This document shows, piece by piece, positions 10,073-19,127 of a stretch of DNA of 64,000 nt. The translations under genes and the position numbers were made by a program. The DNA lies in NCBI GenBank assembly GCA_963752255.1, contig CAVVXT010000019.1, forward strand, positions 160,001 to 224,000. The letters run 5' to 3'. The stretch's first letter is position 1, and each line of letters opens with the position of its first letter. Origin of the DNA: Nitrososphaeria archaeon (GTDB lineage Archaea > Thermoproteota > Nitrososphaeria > JACIWG01). The notes under the pieces were generated by a model. That model was not told the DNA's origin. It did no database searches and saw nothing but the letters and a program-made list of their open reading frames with translations.

Positions 10073-10655
10073 ATTGGAGTTTATCTCACCAAGTTGGGAT
10101 GATATTTTTGACATGTGTGTTGAAGGTGCCGAAAGAATCGACAAGTTGGGCCTCAAATTTGACATCATAATTGCCCTTTCAAGAGGAGGACTTGTTCCGG
10201 GCAGACTTATTTCTGACCTACTAGAGATAAGGGATGTCATCGTGCTCGATGTAAAATATTATTTCGGTATAGGAATCAAGATAGATAAACCGAGAATTAC
10301 AGAATTGGTTAGAACTTCAATCATATCTAAGAATGTCCTACTTGTAGATGATGTTGTCGATTCAGGGGAAAGCATTAAGGCGTCAGCAGAATATCTCTCA
10401 TCATTCAAGCCAAATACTATGAAAATATTTACATTAAACGTCAAGCCTAAGAGAATTATTAACCCAGACGTTTTCATAAAGGAAACAAACGCTTGGATCA
10501 TCTACCCATGGGAACTACTGGAGTGTTTCAAAGAATTGGAGGAGAAAGGTTACAACGTAAACAAAATTGCTGAGGAAACGGGACTGAAGAAGGAAGCTTT
10601 GACAAAGGTGAAGAGACTCTATGAAAAAAGGAGAAGGGAAACACAGACTAAATGA
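10062..10655 (+). CDS. Type I phosphoribosyltransferase (hypoxanthine/xanthine-guanine PRTase-like)
   Basis: ALSRGGLVP, PRPP loop VLLVDDVVDSGES and WIIYPWE. Confidence 0.88.
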   Translation: MAARLEFISPSWDDIFDMCVEGAERIDKLGLKFDIIIALSRGGLVPGRLISDLLEIRDVIVLDVKYYFGIGIKIDKPRITELVRTSIISKNVLLVDDVVDSGESIKASAEYLSSFKPNTMKIFTLNVKPKRIINPDVFIKETNAWIIYPWELLECFKELEEKGYNVNKIAEETGLKKEALTKVKRLYEKRRRETQTK

Positions 10656-11172
10656 TCAGATCTTGTTCTGCTATGGCTTAAGATTCAGGCATCCTACAGA
10701 CATAATAGAACTCGAAGATGAGGTTGAAAAGAACACTGGAGCCATAATCCAAGCTGTCAATAAGAATTTTGTCTTAAGCAGGGAACATGCTATGTTTATC
10801 TTAACCCAATGCCTTGAGGCATACGATCGTGGGATATTTATCGCGAGAAAGCCAAAATATGACATCATACTGAATCTACTTTGCACGCAAAAGATCGAAA
10901 AAGCTTTAGCAGATGGAGGAGTAAAGAAAGACTGCAAAGACTGCGTAATACTTGGTTATTGTAGTAAAAGAGAGTTACAGATTTTAGAAGAATGCATCAT
11001 GACCTATGGTACATTTGATGAACGCATCATGGAACCTTCGGAGGATAAGAAAAAGTTCCTCATGGGATACCATAAAATAAGCTCAGAAGAACAGAAAAAT
11101 TACGACCTGTTGCAACTGCTCTGTGAGAGATCTGCGACAAGCATTATAAGGTACTATAAAAGTAAAGCTTAA
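10621..11172 (+). CDS. cgi121: KEOPS complex subunit Cgi121-like
   Basis: IQAVN...SREHA...IARK..DIILNL.CTQKIEKAL..GG pattern; adjacent to Sua5. Exact start uncertain. Confidence 0.7.
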   Translation: MKKGEGKHRLNDQILFCYGLRFRHPTDIIELEDEVEKNTGAIIQAVNKNFVLSREHAMFILTQCLEAYDRGIFIARKPKYDIILNLLCTQKIEKALADGGVKKDCKDCVILGYCSKRELQILEECIMTYGTFDERIMEPSEDKKKFLMGYHKISSEEQKNYDLLQLLCERSATSIIRYYKSKA

Positions 11173-11792
11173 GGAAAAAGATCCTTTACAGGAAGAGCGC
11201 CCTCTCTTAACACGACAATCTTTCCCTCAGAAACGTCCACAACTGTAGAATCACCGCCGTAGATTGTTTCACCACCGTCTACGTAAAGATCGGCATCACG
11301 ACCTAGTCTTGTTAACGTCTGAGCCAAGGTTACCGGCGACCCGTAACCTGATCTGTTCGCACTAGTCCCAACAAGTGAACCACCAACTTCTTTGAGGAGA
11401 GCAAGCGTCCAGTCAAGTGATTGTACGCGAACTCCAAGCTTACCCGTACCATAAGTAATTTTAGTAGGTAGTTTTACATTATCCTTTACTTTTCCGACTA
11501 TAGTCAAAGGTCCTGGCCAAAACAGTTCTGCAAGCCTATCTATCATCGGATTCCATTTTATTAGTTTGAATGATGTCTCAGCGTCTAAGCATAAAATAGG
11601 AAGAGGTTTTTCGCCTCGCCCTTTCATAGCTGCAACTCTTATAACAGCCTTCTCATCCGACGGAAGACACCCAACACCATATACGGTGTCTGTCGGGAAG
11701 ACAATTACACCACCGCTCATAATAATCTTTTTAGCCATAGGCAGGCTTTGGTCGGATTTTATGTGTATGAACATACACTCAACCTTTGACAT
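11169..11792 (-). CDS. sua5: L-threonylcarbamoyladenylate synthase (Sua5/YrdC domain)
   Basis: FPTDTVYGVG, KGR..KPL, FWPGPLT, TSANRSG, STVVD and LREGA motifs. Confidence 0.93.
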   Translation of the reverse strand: MSKVECMFIHIKSDQSLPMAKKIIMSGGVIVFPTDTVYGVGCLPSDEKAVIRVAAMKGRGEKPLPILCLDAETSFKLIKWNPMIDRLAELFWPGPLTIVGKVKDNVKLPTKITYGTGKLGVRVQSLDWTLALLKEVGGSLVGTSANRSGYGSPVTLAQTLTRLGRDADLYVDGGETIYGGDSTVVDVSEGKIVVLREGALPVKDLFP

Positions 11793-11841
11793 AAAAGTTT
11801 ATAAACAATATATTTGACTTGATTAGAATCGGTGTTATCAA

Positions 11842-11955
11842 TTGGTATATTCGGACGAGGAAGGGGAGGAAGAACTCGAAGAAGATTTTGACGAAGACTG
11901 GGAAGATGATTGGGAGGAAGGAGAAAGTGAGGGTGAGGAGGAGGATGAGTTCTAG
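11842..11955 (+). CDS. Small ultra-acidic peptide (37 aa)
   Basis: TTG start preceded by a GGTG SD-like element; MVYSDEEGEEELEEDFDEDWEDDWEEGESEGEEEDEF*. Below the ORF-track length cutoff. Confidence 0.6.
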   Translation: MVYSDEEGEEELEEDFDEDWEDDWEEGESEGEEEDEF

Positions 11956-12034
11956 CTCCTCTCACAAAATTTTTCTCTAACCATAAGAGAGAACGAAGCT
12001 AAGCTTATTATCATAAAAACCTATACCATTGCGT

Positions 12035-12727
12035 ATGACTATCCTTAGTACACCAGTTCTAATCATAAATGCCAAGAATTATTTAGAATCCTCAGGTGAG
12101 AGAGGGATAAAGCTTGCAAAGTCTGCTGAAAAGGTTGCTAGGGAACTTGGAGTAAATATTATAATAGCACCTCCCACTCCACTCATTTACACGGTTGCAA
12201 ATATCGTAGATATTCCGGTCTATGCGGAGCATGTCGACATCTCTAAAGTTGGTAGTACGACAGGATTCATAGTCCCTGAACTTGTAAAGGATATGGGTGC
12301 CGTTGGCTCAATAATTAATCACAGTGAACACCAACTTCCAGTAAATATCGTAGCACAGACAGTAGAGAGGCTGAAACAGCTCGGTATGGGGACAGTCGTA
12401 TGTGCAGTCGACCAAAATAAGACCAAGATCTTTGCTGGAATGAACCCGGATGCCGTAGCTGTTGAGCCACCTGAACTGATAGGAAGCGGAATAGCGGTTT
12501 CAAAAGCTAGACCTGAGGTCGTAACAGATTCTCTGAAAGCTGTCACGGCTGCAAGATCCGCATCGAAGCTGATATGTGGTGCTGGAATAGTGACAGGAGA
12601 GGATGTCAAAAAGGCCTTGGAGCTAGGGGCTGAAGGAGTTCTAGTTGCAAGCGGTATAGTAAAAGCAGTCGATCCTGAAGCAAAGATACTGGAGCTCGCA
12701 GAACAACTAAGAAAAGTGGATAAGTGA
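12035..12727 (+). CDS. tpiA: Triosephosphate isomerase (archaeal type)
   Basis: INAKNY, IINHSEH, AVEPPELIGSG, CGAGI and GVLVASG motifs. Confidence 0.95.
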   Translation: MTILSTPVLIINAKNYLESSGERGIKLAKSAEKVARELGVNIIIAPPTPLIYTVANIVDIPVYAEHVDISKVGSTTGFIVPELVKDMGAVGSIINHSEHQLPVNIVAQTVERLKQLGMGTVVCAVDQNKTKIFAGMNPDAVAVEPPELIGSGIAVSKARPEVVTDSLKAVTAARSASKLICGAGIVTGEDVKKALELGAEGVLVASGIVKAVDPEAKILELAEQLRKVDK

Positions 12728-12729
12728 AC

Positions 12730-12964
12730 CTACTGAACATAAACTTTTTGTGATGTCCATCAAGGAGATGCGGTATAAACCAAAAATTAGTCCTGAAATG
12801 GTAAGCCCTTTGTTGTAAACATAACTGTAAGGGTGCTCAACTGAACCCAACTGGCTCAGGTTTCCGGTCCAGATATTCTACCGAGGACCTAAAATTATCG
12901 ATACAATTATTGCTATCCAAGCAATCGCCCAACCTATAATTCCAAGGTGATAGGTATATCTCAT
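12730..12964 (-). pseudogene. Degraded membrane-protein fragment (DUF998-like)
   Basis: Manual translation MRYTYHLGIIGWAIAWIAIIVSIILGPR*NIWTGNLSQLGSVEHPYSYVYNKGLTISGLIFGLY resembles the DUF998 N-terminus (W....LS.LG......F/YN.GL..SG). It has an in-frame TAG and is truncated. Confidence 0.35.
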
Positions 12965-13298
12965 GGTCACGTTGACATCAACCTTAGCTACTAATTTTTT
13001 TTGCGTCATCTAATTTTGTTTCTTGAGTTAATTAGTAAAACGAAATAATTGAATGAAGGAAAAATATTAATTTTAAATACATGGATAACCCTTAATTTAT
13101 ACGATAAATTATAGTCGACACACTATAGAATCATTATAATTGTTGTTGCAGTCATCGTTATATTGGTGGCTGAGAGTGCATAGCAAATAGGCTCACCGCA
13201 CCAATCTGGTTCATCACCTACGAGTATAAGTGAGAACTTTTCAAGATATACGTGGAAGGAGCTAGGGAAGAAGTTATTGTCAGAGAGTTCCCTGAAGC

Positions 13299-14264
13299 CT
13301 AGCTTATAGGCGACTCCATAAGTTTTGCTTTTGATGTGAACTCCTTTTCCCCTCTAATAATCCTCAGGGACACCTCATCACCTGTCTTCCTCTTCCAAAG
13401 CTGCGCTAATAGGTTACCTAGATTGTTAACCCTGTCTTTATCAACCTGTACTATAATATCACCTTGACGCAGGCTCGCGTAATACGCTGGACTACCAGTG
13501 ACAACTGAGACGACAAGAACTCCGAAGTCGACTGCAAGATTATAATATTCCGCGATACCGGCGTTAAGGTCTATGCCGTTTATGCCGAGCCATGGTCTTA
13601 CGACCCTGCCGTATCTTATGATTTCTTCAGCCACCCTCTTAACCGAATTGCTGGTTATGGCGAAGCCTATACCCTGAGCGAAAGGAATTATCGCGGTACT
13701 CATCGCGACAACTTGACCGTTTAGGTTGATTAAAGGGCCACCACTGTTTCCGGGGTTAATCGCCGCATCGGTCTGAATCAAATCCTCAATGACCGGTCCG
13801 ACCTGCGTTTGGATTTTCCTCTTAAGAGCGCTGATGACTCCGGCTGTAACTGTTGGACCACCAGCTAAACCAAACGGGTTTCCAAGGGCAAGAACAAACT
13901 GTCCTACCTTCAGATTATTGGAATCGAAAAATTCTGCGGAGGTCAGCCCAGTCTTATGAATCCTCACAACTGCTACATCTGTCAGCGAATCACTACCGAC
14001 AACCGTCCCTTCGTATAGCTTGTTATCAAATAAAGTTACGGAAATCTTCCCAGCGTTAGATACAACATGGTTATTAGTAACTATAAAACCATCAGCCCCA
14101 TATATAATACCTGATCCTAGACCTTCAACAGGCATGCTATGGAACAGGAAGTCTGAAATAAGGGTTACCGTGTTGACACTAACTACGAATTCGCTTGCCT
14201 TTTCAACTGCTTTTATAACCTTATCTTCGTCTACGGGGATCATTAAAATCACTCTTTTGAGCAT
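13299..14264 (-). CDS. HtrA/DegP-family serine protease with PDZ domain
   Basis: GSG, TNNHVV, DVAV and IQTDAAINPGNSGGPL motifs plus a C-terminal PDZ domain. No N-terminal TM segment. Confidence 0.95.
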   Translation of the reverse strand: MLKRVILMIPVDEDKVIKAVEKASEFVVSVNTVTLISDFLFHSMPVEGLGSGIIYGADGFIVTNNHVVSNAGKISVTLFDNKLYEGTVVGSDSLTDVAVVRIHKTGLTSAEFFDSNNLKVGQFVLALGNPFGLAGGPTVTAGVISALKRKIQTQVGPVIEDLIQTDAAINPGNSGGPLINLNGQVVAMSTAIIPFAQGIGFAITSNSVKRVAEEIIRYGRVVRPWLGINGIDLNAGIAEYYNLAVDFGVLVVSVVTGSPAYYASLRQGDIIVQVDKDRVNNLGNLLAQLWKRKTGDEVSLRIIRGEKEFTSKAKLMESPIS

Positions 14265-14365
14265 ATTAGTGTTTAAAAAACTTTTTGAAAATCGTGTCTA
14301 TTACAAACATTAAAGTGTAAAAAATTTAATATATACGACCCCTGCCAAGATGACTGGTGGAATAA

Positions 14366-14539
14366 ATGAGTATGAAATGTCCAGCTTGTGGTTCAACAGA
14401 TATAACGTTAAACCAGCAGCTTAATCTAAAAGACGCAAAGGTCAGGAAAATCTATCTAAGCGGTAATTGTACCAAGTGTAAGAGTCAAGTTACAATAGAG
14501 TATACACCCACTACCATCCGCCAACAGCTTGCGGAATAA
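14366..14539 (+). CDS. Small CPxCG-type zinc-finger protein (57 aa)
   Basis: Manual translation MSMKCPACGSTDITLNQQLNLKDAKVRKIYLSGNCTKCKSQVTIEYTPTTIRQQLAE*; two CxxC pairs; GGTGG SD-like element upstream; precedes AK6. Confidence 0.7.
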   Translation: MSMKCPACGSTDITLNQQLNLKDAKVRKIYLSGNCTKCKSQVTIEYTPTTIRQQLAE

Positions 14540-14556
14540 AGTGGGACCAAGGGATT

Positions 14557-15135
14557 TTGTTCAAACGCATAGGATTAACAGGTTCACCTGGTACGGGCAA
14601 GAAAACCCTTGCAAGAGGGTTTGCCTTGAATGCGGGATACAGGATTTTGAACATCAACTCGCTCTGTATTTCAAAAGGCGGATCAATCGGCAGAGACAAA
14701 TATGGAATAGTTGTTGACACAGAAAAACTTTCCAAGATCATAGCTGAAGAGATTAAAAATGATAATTTCATTTTAGTGGGCCATCTTCTCCCATACGTTA
14801 TAGTCTCTAAAGATATAGAATTAGCAATCGTTCTAAGATGTAACCCATATGTGCTAGAAAAGAGACTTGAAAAAAGAGGATACCCTCATAAGAAGGTTCT
14901 AATGAATATTGGAGCTGAGACTCTTGGAACATGCTATTTTGATGCGTTAAAGGAATTCGGCTGTGGTAAGATACATGTGATAGACACTTCATCAAAGAAG
15001 CCTGGAGAAGTTGTCAGGGAATCCTTGAAAATTCTAGAAGGAAATGCACGATATGATGGCTCAGATATTGACTGGTTAAGCCTTGTTAGGAAAAAAGGCG
15101 ACCTGCGAAGGATCTTTCCTGATTCCTACTATTGA
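14557..15135 (+). CDS. Adenylate kinase AK6/Fap7 family
   Basis: GLTGSPGTGKKT P-loop, VGH, LRCNP..LEKRL.KRGY...K...N, and C-terminal IDWL. Confidence 0.9.
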   Translation: MFKRIGLTGSPGTGKKTLARGFALNAGYRILNINSLCISKGGSIGRDKYGIVVDTEKLSKIIAEEIKNDNFILVGHLLPYVIVSKDIELAIVLRCNPYVLEKRLEKRGYPHKKVLMNIGAETLGTCYFDALKEFGCGKIHVIDTSSKKPGEVVRESLKILEGNARYDGSDIDWLSLVRKKGDLRRIFPDSYY

Positions 15136-15206
15136 TTTCTACTATGAATAATAAATGGATAGAACCTAAACCCGAATATATTGGAGTCCCTATATTAAAA
15201 TTCTAA

Positions 15207-15247
15207 GTGCGGCGTCCGGGATTAAAAACCCTCCGGTAATAATCTTC
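15207..15247 (-). repeat. att-like site 1: tRNA-Gly-like 3' end plus imperfect inverted arm
   Basis: GTGCGGCGTCCGGGATT is the reverse complement of AATCCCGGACGCCGCAC (T-stem plus acceptor 3' strand of an archaeal tRNA-Gly). It is followed by the imperfect IR GGGATTAAAAACC..GGTAATAATCTT. Confidence 0.6.
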
Positions 15248-15386
15248 ACATAAAAAATAGGGGGAAATACCTCTCCAAAAAAAGAAATTAAAGATTTAAA
15301 TGTCGTTATAACTGCTGATGCTTTTGTTATTTTAATTATTTTAGGTTTTTCACATTTCCTTAAAAAAGGGTGTAAAAGAGTTTGTA

Positions 15387-15734
15387 TCAGCTATTAAAAG
15401 TATATTTTATTCTCTTTTTATTTTGTCTCATATCATATATTATATAAAAAAGTATCAATAATGCCAAAAATATAAAAATGTAGGAAAAAACCAAATAGTA
15501 CGCAGAAGAGGCAGGATTAAAACGATAGGTGAGACTATCGGCTAACACAAGCAATGTTATAGCTAATGTAAAATAATAGTTCCATTGTGATGATTTTCTG
15601 ATTTTTTCAAGTTCACTCATGACCTTACTTGTGTTCTCTCGAAAAGAAGATTGCATCGTATTCATTTCGTTTTCTATGTTATCAAATCTTTTTTCTAAAC
15701 TCTCCAATTTTTCGTTTATCTGTTTATCTTCCAT
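15387..15734 (-). CDS. Hypothetical membrane protein (N-terminal coiled coil plus 2 TM)
   Basis: Heptad-rich N-terminus and two hydrophobic segments. Confidence 0.6.
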   Translation of the reverse strand: MEDKQINEKLESLEKRFDNIENEMNTMQSSFRENTSKVMSELEKIRKSSQWNYYFTLAITLLVLADSLTYRFNPASSAYYLVFSYIFIFLALLILFYIIYDMRQNKKRIKYTFNS

Positions 15735-16118
15735 AAAGAAAATATTAGAGTACTTTTATAAAATCTTTGGAGAAAGAAATGCTTGACGCTACGATCAAAC
15801 CGTAGAAGTAGGTTGGTAAACGTGTGGATTAATTATTAAAAAAGTGAATATACTTCCTTAGATCTTATTGGATCTCTTTTCAATCTCAAGATCCTTATGA
15901 ACATAAGGATGATTGCTGTAATTGTGACTGTAAAACTTGCATTGTAATACAAAAATATGAACAATGACGAAGCAAATAAAGATCCCTGCAACTAACGACA
16001 TAAGTCATACACAAATTATTTATCTTTCTTTTAGCGATTCTTCAAGTCTTATACCTATGAATAAATGTAATAGAATAGATTACTTCATCAAATAATATTA
16101 ATAAACATCTAAATTAGT

Positions 16119-16538
16119 ATGATTAACTACGTGAGTAATGAAAGATTAGAGACGATTAGATTAGTGATGCAAATAAGAGTTAGGTTATCCCAAAGAGCAA
16201 AAGATTTGTTATCAGCAATTCAAGAAAAACACCCAAAAATTGAGATAAACAAGAAGATAATAGATTTTTGTGCAGAGTTAGGAGACATAAGTGGTTTTTG
16301 CGATAAGAATACTAACAGGTGGATAGACGATGTAACAAGATACATGTCTGGCTGTATAATTATAGAAGAAGGAGTCGACTTTGACCTCATGTCCGACTTA
16401 TTAATGGCATTACTACCTCGAATAGTCGGCATGCAAATTGACTTCACAAAAGGTCCTCCCTTCAAAGCGATAGGTTTCAACATTGAGGCATCTTTAAAAG
16501 ACTTAAAAGCAAAAATAGGAGCCCATCTCAATCGATGA
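16119..16538 (+). CDS. Hypothetical protein
   Basis: 139 aa ORF; no recognised motif. Confidence 0.5.
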   Translation: MINYVSNERLETIRLVMQIRVRLSQRAKDLLSAIQEKHPKIEINKKIIDFCAELGDISGFCDKNTNRWIDDVTRYMSGCIIIEEGVDFDLMSDLLMALLPRIVGMQIDFTKGPPFKAIGFNIEASLKDLKAKIGAHLNR

Positions 16539-16694
16539 GATTATAAAATGTCAATTAACCAAATATCGTAGATTATTATCACGTTATTCTTTTTTAAACC
16601 CATTTCACATTCTCTCTGAATAGTAATTCCAATTGATTTTGGGTAAATTAATACAATTTTATCGAGAGTATTTTGCAATGTGACGACTAAAGTT

Positions 16695-17471
16695 TTATGA
16701 AGAAAAAAGTAAAGCATCCCTGTTTGTAAATGGCTCAATTTTAAGGAGAAGAAATAATGAAGAAAGTAATCCTATAAAGAAACAGGAAACATGAACAATC
16801 CAAACAACGTTACTCGAGACATTAAAAAATGTTTGATAAGAAGAAATAAGGTAAAGATAAACAACAATTATGATAACGTTAAAGATAGGGCTGAATATGT
16901 TTTTAAAGAGAATTATTTCATTCTTAACTTTCTCTCCTATGGTAAGATGAACTGATTTCTTTTTTAGTGACGATAATATCCCTTTATAGCCAAACGTAAA
17001 TCGTATTATGAGGTATAAGTTATAAAATGCTGTCGATAATATAACTCCTTCGGTCCCATATGCTACACCTGACGCACCTCGGAAGTTGGGATTTGAAAAA
17101 ATGAAAAGAAAGCCTGTAAGCACAGAAGAGACAAATGGTATTATACAGTATATGCGAACAACCTTTTTTGGATTCCGATAATTGTTAAACAATAACAGTG
17201 CCAAAAATAGGGTTGTTGACTGAATTAAAGACTGCATGTTATTCAAAAGGTGGGAATAAGATTCATGAACAAACATATAGGTAAAGAAACCCCAAAGAAG
17301 ATTTTCCTTTGTTTCCGATAATGCAGGAAGTAATTTAGGATTGGAAACTTCTGCCTTATAAACCGCATTACATATAAGATAGAAAGTAAAGTAGACAAAG
17401 ACGATAATCGCATATGGTTTGAAGAATTCTATTATCTTTCCCAATTTAGGTTCAGATGTTTTAGTCATCAT
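16695..17471 (-). CDS. Rhomboid-family intramembrane serine protease
   Basis: FVHESYSHLLNNM (H..HL..N), GASG catalytic Ser, downstream HVSCFFIG catalytic His; multi-TM. Confidence 0.8.
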   Translation of the reverse strand: MMTKTSEPKLGKIIEFFKPYAIIVFVYFTFYLICNAVYKAEVSNPKLLPALSETKENLLWGFFTYMFVHESYSHLLNNMQSLIQSTTLFLALLLFNNYRNPKKVVRIYCIIPFVSSVLTGFLFIFSNPNFRGASGVAYGTEGVILSTAFYNLYLIIRFTFGYKGILSSLKKKSVHLTIGEKVKNEIILFKNIFSPIFNVIIIVVYLYLISSYQTFFNVSSNVVWIVHVSCFFIGLLSSLFLLLKIEPFTNRDALLFSS

Positions 17472-17480
17472 TATTATTTA

Positions 17481-18125
17481 TTAATAACTTGATAATACTG
17501 AAGATAAAATTCCATAACAAGCACTTAAAAATGAAGTAAAAACGATAATTAAGAGTGTCCAATCCTTTGGCGTTTTAATTGAGTCTATCCAGATATTGCC
17601 TTTAATACTTTTTAAAACATCATTTTTTGAGACGTTAGAAGGTAATGTCTGAAGAGAAAATGAGATTTGACCGCAAACTGTTATTCTTGGTTGGTTCAAA
17701 TCAATATAGCCTAAATATTCATATTTACTTGAATCACCAATTGTAGGGGCATCAGTAATAAGATGTATTTGTGACCAATTAATATTATCTAACGACATTT
17801 CTAATTTAGATATATTGAATAAATTGGCATATTGTGACCATAAAGATACATATAACTTTCCTCTTGAATTAAAATAATTAGGAGATATATTATTTGTAAT
17901 TGTAAATTCATTTTTGTTGGTAGGTAATTTTGTTATTTTTTGATAATATTCTAACTCTGGCTTCCATTGTGAGAGATAATAAGTTACAACGAATGCTATT
18001 GTGATAGATATTATTAGAGAACATCCTGATTGAATTAAAGTAACCATATTATATTCCTCCCTTTCATTGCTATACCTCAAAGTGTTTAAGTCCTTTTCTA
18101 TTAGTAAAAAGTAGAACAAGTGCAA
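17481..18125 (-). CDS. Hypothetical membrane-anchored protein
   Basis: N- and C-terminal hydrophobic segments flanking a soluble domain; true start probably later (MVTLIQ). Confidence 0.55.
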   Translation of the reverse strand: MHLFYFLLIEKDLNTLRYSNEREEYNMVTLIQSGCSLIISITIAFVVTYYLSQWKPELEYYQKITKLPTNKNEFTITNNISPNYFNSRGKLYVSLWSQYANLFNISKLEMSLDNINWSQIHLITDAPTIGDSSKYEYLGYIDLNQPRITVCGQISFSLQTLPSNVSKNDVLKSIKGNIWIDSIKTPKDWTLLIIVFTSFLSACYGILSSVLSSY

Positions 18126-18159
18126 TAAAGAAAGTGATTATTCCCATTATATCGAGAAA

Positions 18160-18951
18160 CTATTTTACGCTTTTCATTGCACTTATAACTTTTTCATTTA
18201 TAATTTGTCGCGATTCTTCGATAGTGCTTACCTTTACTTCCCCCCACTCTGGATCAGCTTTCCAATCTATCAAAAAGTAATTTCTTCTTGGATAAAGTTC
18301 TGCAAACTTGAGACCTTTTGATTTATGAATAAAGTTAATCCGATAAGGAAGTAAGGTGTGCCTAATATTTCCTTGATCCAATTCTTCAATAATTTTCACA
18401 GTTTCATCCCAAACCTTTCTTACATCGTCATTTGTGATATAGTTAGCCAAATCATGGAGTTGTGTTAGAGGTCGTTCTATTTCCGTTCTACGTCTGGTTT
18501 CAACATCAATTAGTTTGACATATTTTTTCCCATTTAATTCATAAGAGAAACAAATTTGTTTAAGCGTAACCTGTATATCCTCTGATATGTACTTAACAGC
18601 TATTTTAGTCCTCTCATCAAAACTTGGGGCAATAAGAATCATTCTTGGCATTTTGTCTTCTATTTTTTCTTGAGAATAATTCTTGAAGAAACTCATCCCT
18701 CTCTCAAGAAGATAATCAAAGTAACCCAAGGCTTGCATCAACTGCCCAGCATCTTCCTTAATTTTTAATTCCACCACAGTCAAGGTTCCTTGTGCGTCAA
18801 CACCATCCAAGTCCATTCTGGTGCCATAAGGTACAGTCCTCCTTTGTTTTTGGAGTAGTCTGAAACCCTCCTCTATCTGTGACGGATCATTGAAAAGAAT
18901 TTCTTCAAGTTCTGTTTCAGATTCTATTTTACATTCCTTTATTGCCATCAA
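18160..18951 (-). CDS. NucS-like PD-(D/E)XK endonuclease domain protein with a C-terminal DUF5655-like domain
   Basis: E.ELE, RMDLDGVD..G.L.VVELK, QALGY and R.ILIAP pattern. The C-terminal segment YRINF...FAELYPRR.Y is reminiscent of the DUF5655/DUF1801 fold. Confidence 0.65.
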   Translation of the reverse strand: MMAIKECKIESETELEEILFNDPSQIEEGFRLLQKQRRTVPYGTRMDLDGVDAQGTLTVVELKIKEDAGQLMQALGYFDYLLERGMSFFKNYSQEKIEDKMPRMILIAPSFDERTKIAVKYISEDIQVTLKQICFSYELNGKKYVKLIDVETRRRTEIERPLTQLHDLANYITNDDVRKVWDETVKIIEELDQGNIRHTLLPYRINFIHKSKGLKFAELYPRRNYFLIDWKADPEWGEVKVSTIEESRQIINEKVISAMKSVK

Positions 18952-19060
18952 ACAAAATTATGGATTATTACTTATATCCTTTCTGCTTTTGTTATTGGTA
19001 ACACAGATATAAAGCAAATAATTAGGACTTCATAACGTTACATATTTAGCTCTATTTTAA

Positions 19061-19115
19061 TGGAGCCAGTGGGATTCGAATCCAAATAGGTTCAAAGCCA
19101 ATAAATAAACGAATT
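19061..19115 (-). repeat. att-like site 2: tRNA-like 3' end plus 12-6-12 imperfect inverted repeat
   Basis: TGGAGCCAGT-GGGATTCGAATC-CAAATA-GGTTCAAAGCCA-ATAAATAAA; aligns with site 3 over about 50 bp. Confidence 0.6.
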
Positions 19116-19127
19116 AAATAATGTTTC

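Noticed and set aside
12875-12882. In-frame TAG as a pyrrolysine or readthrough codon
   Set aside because: The surrounding gene is truncated and no pyl machinery is visible in the window; a nonsense mutation is simpler.
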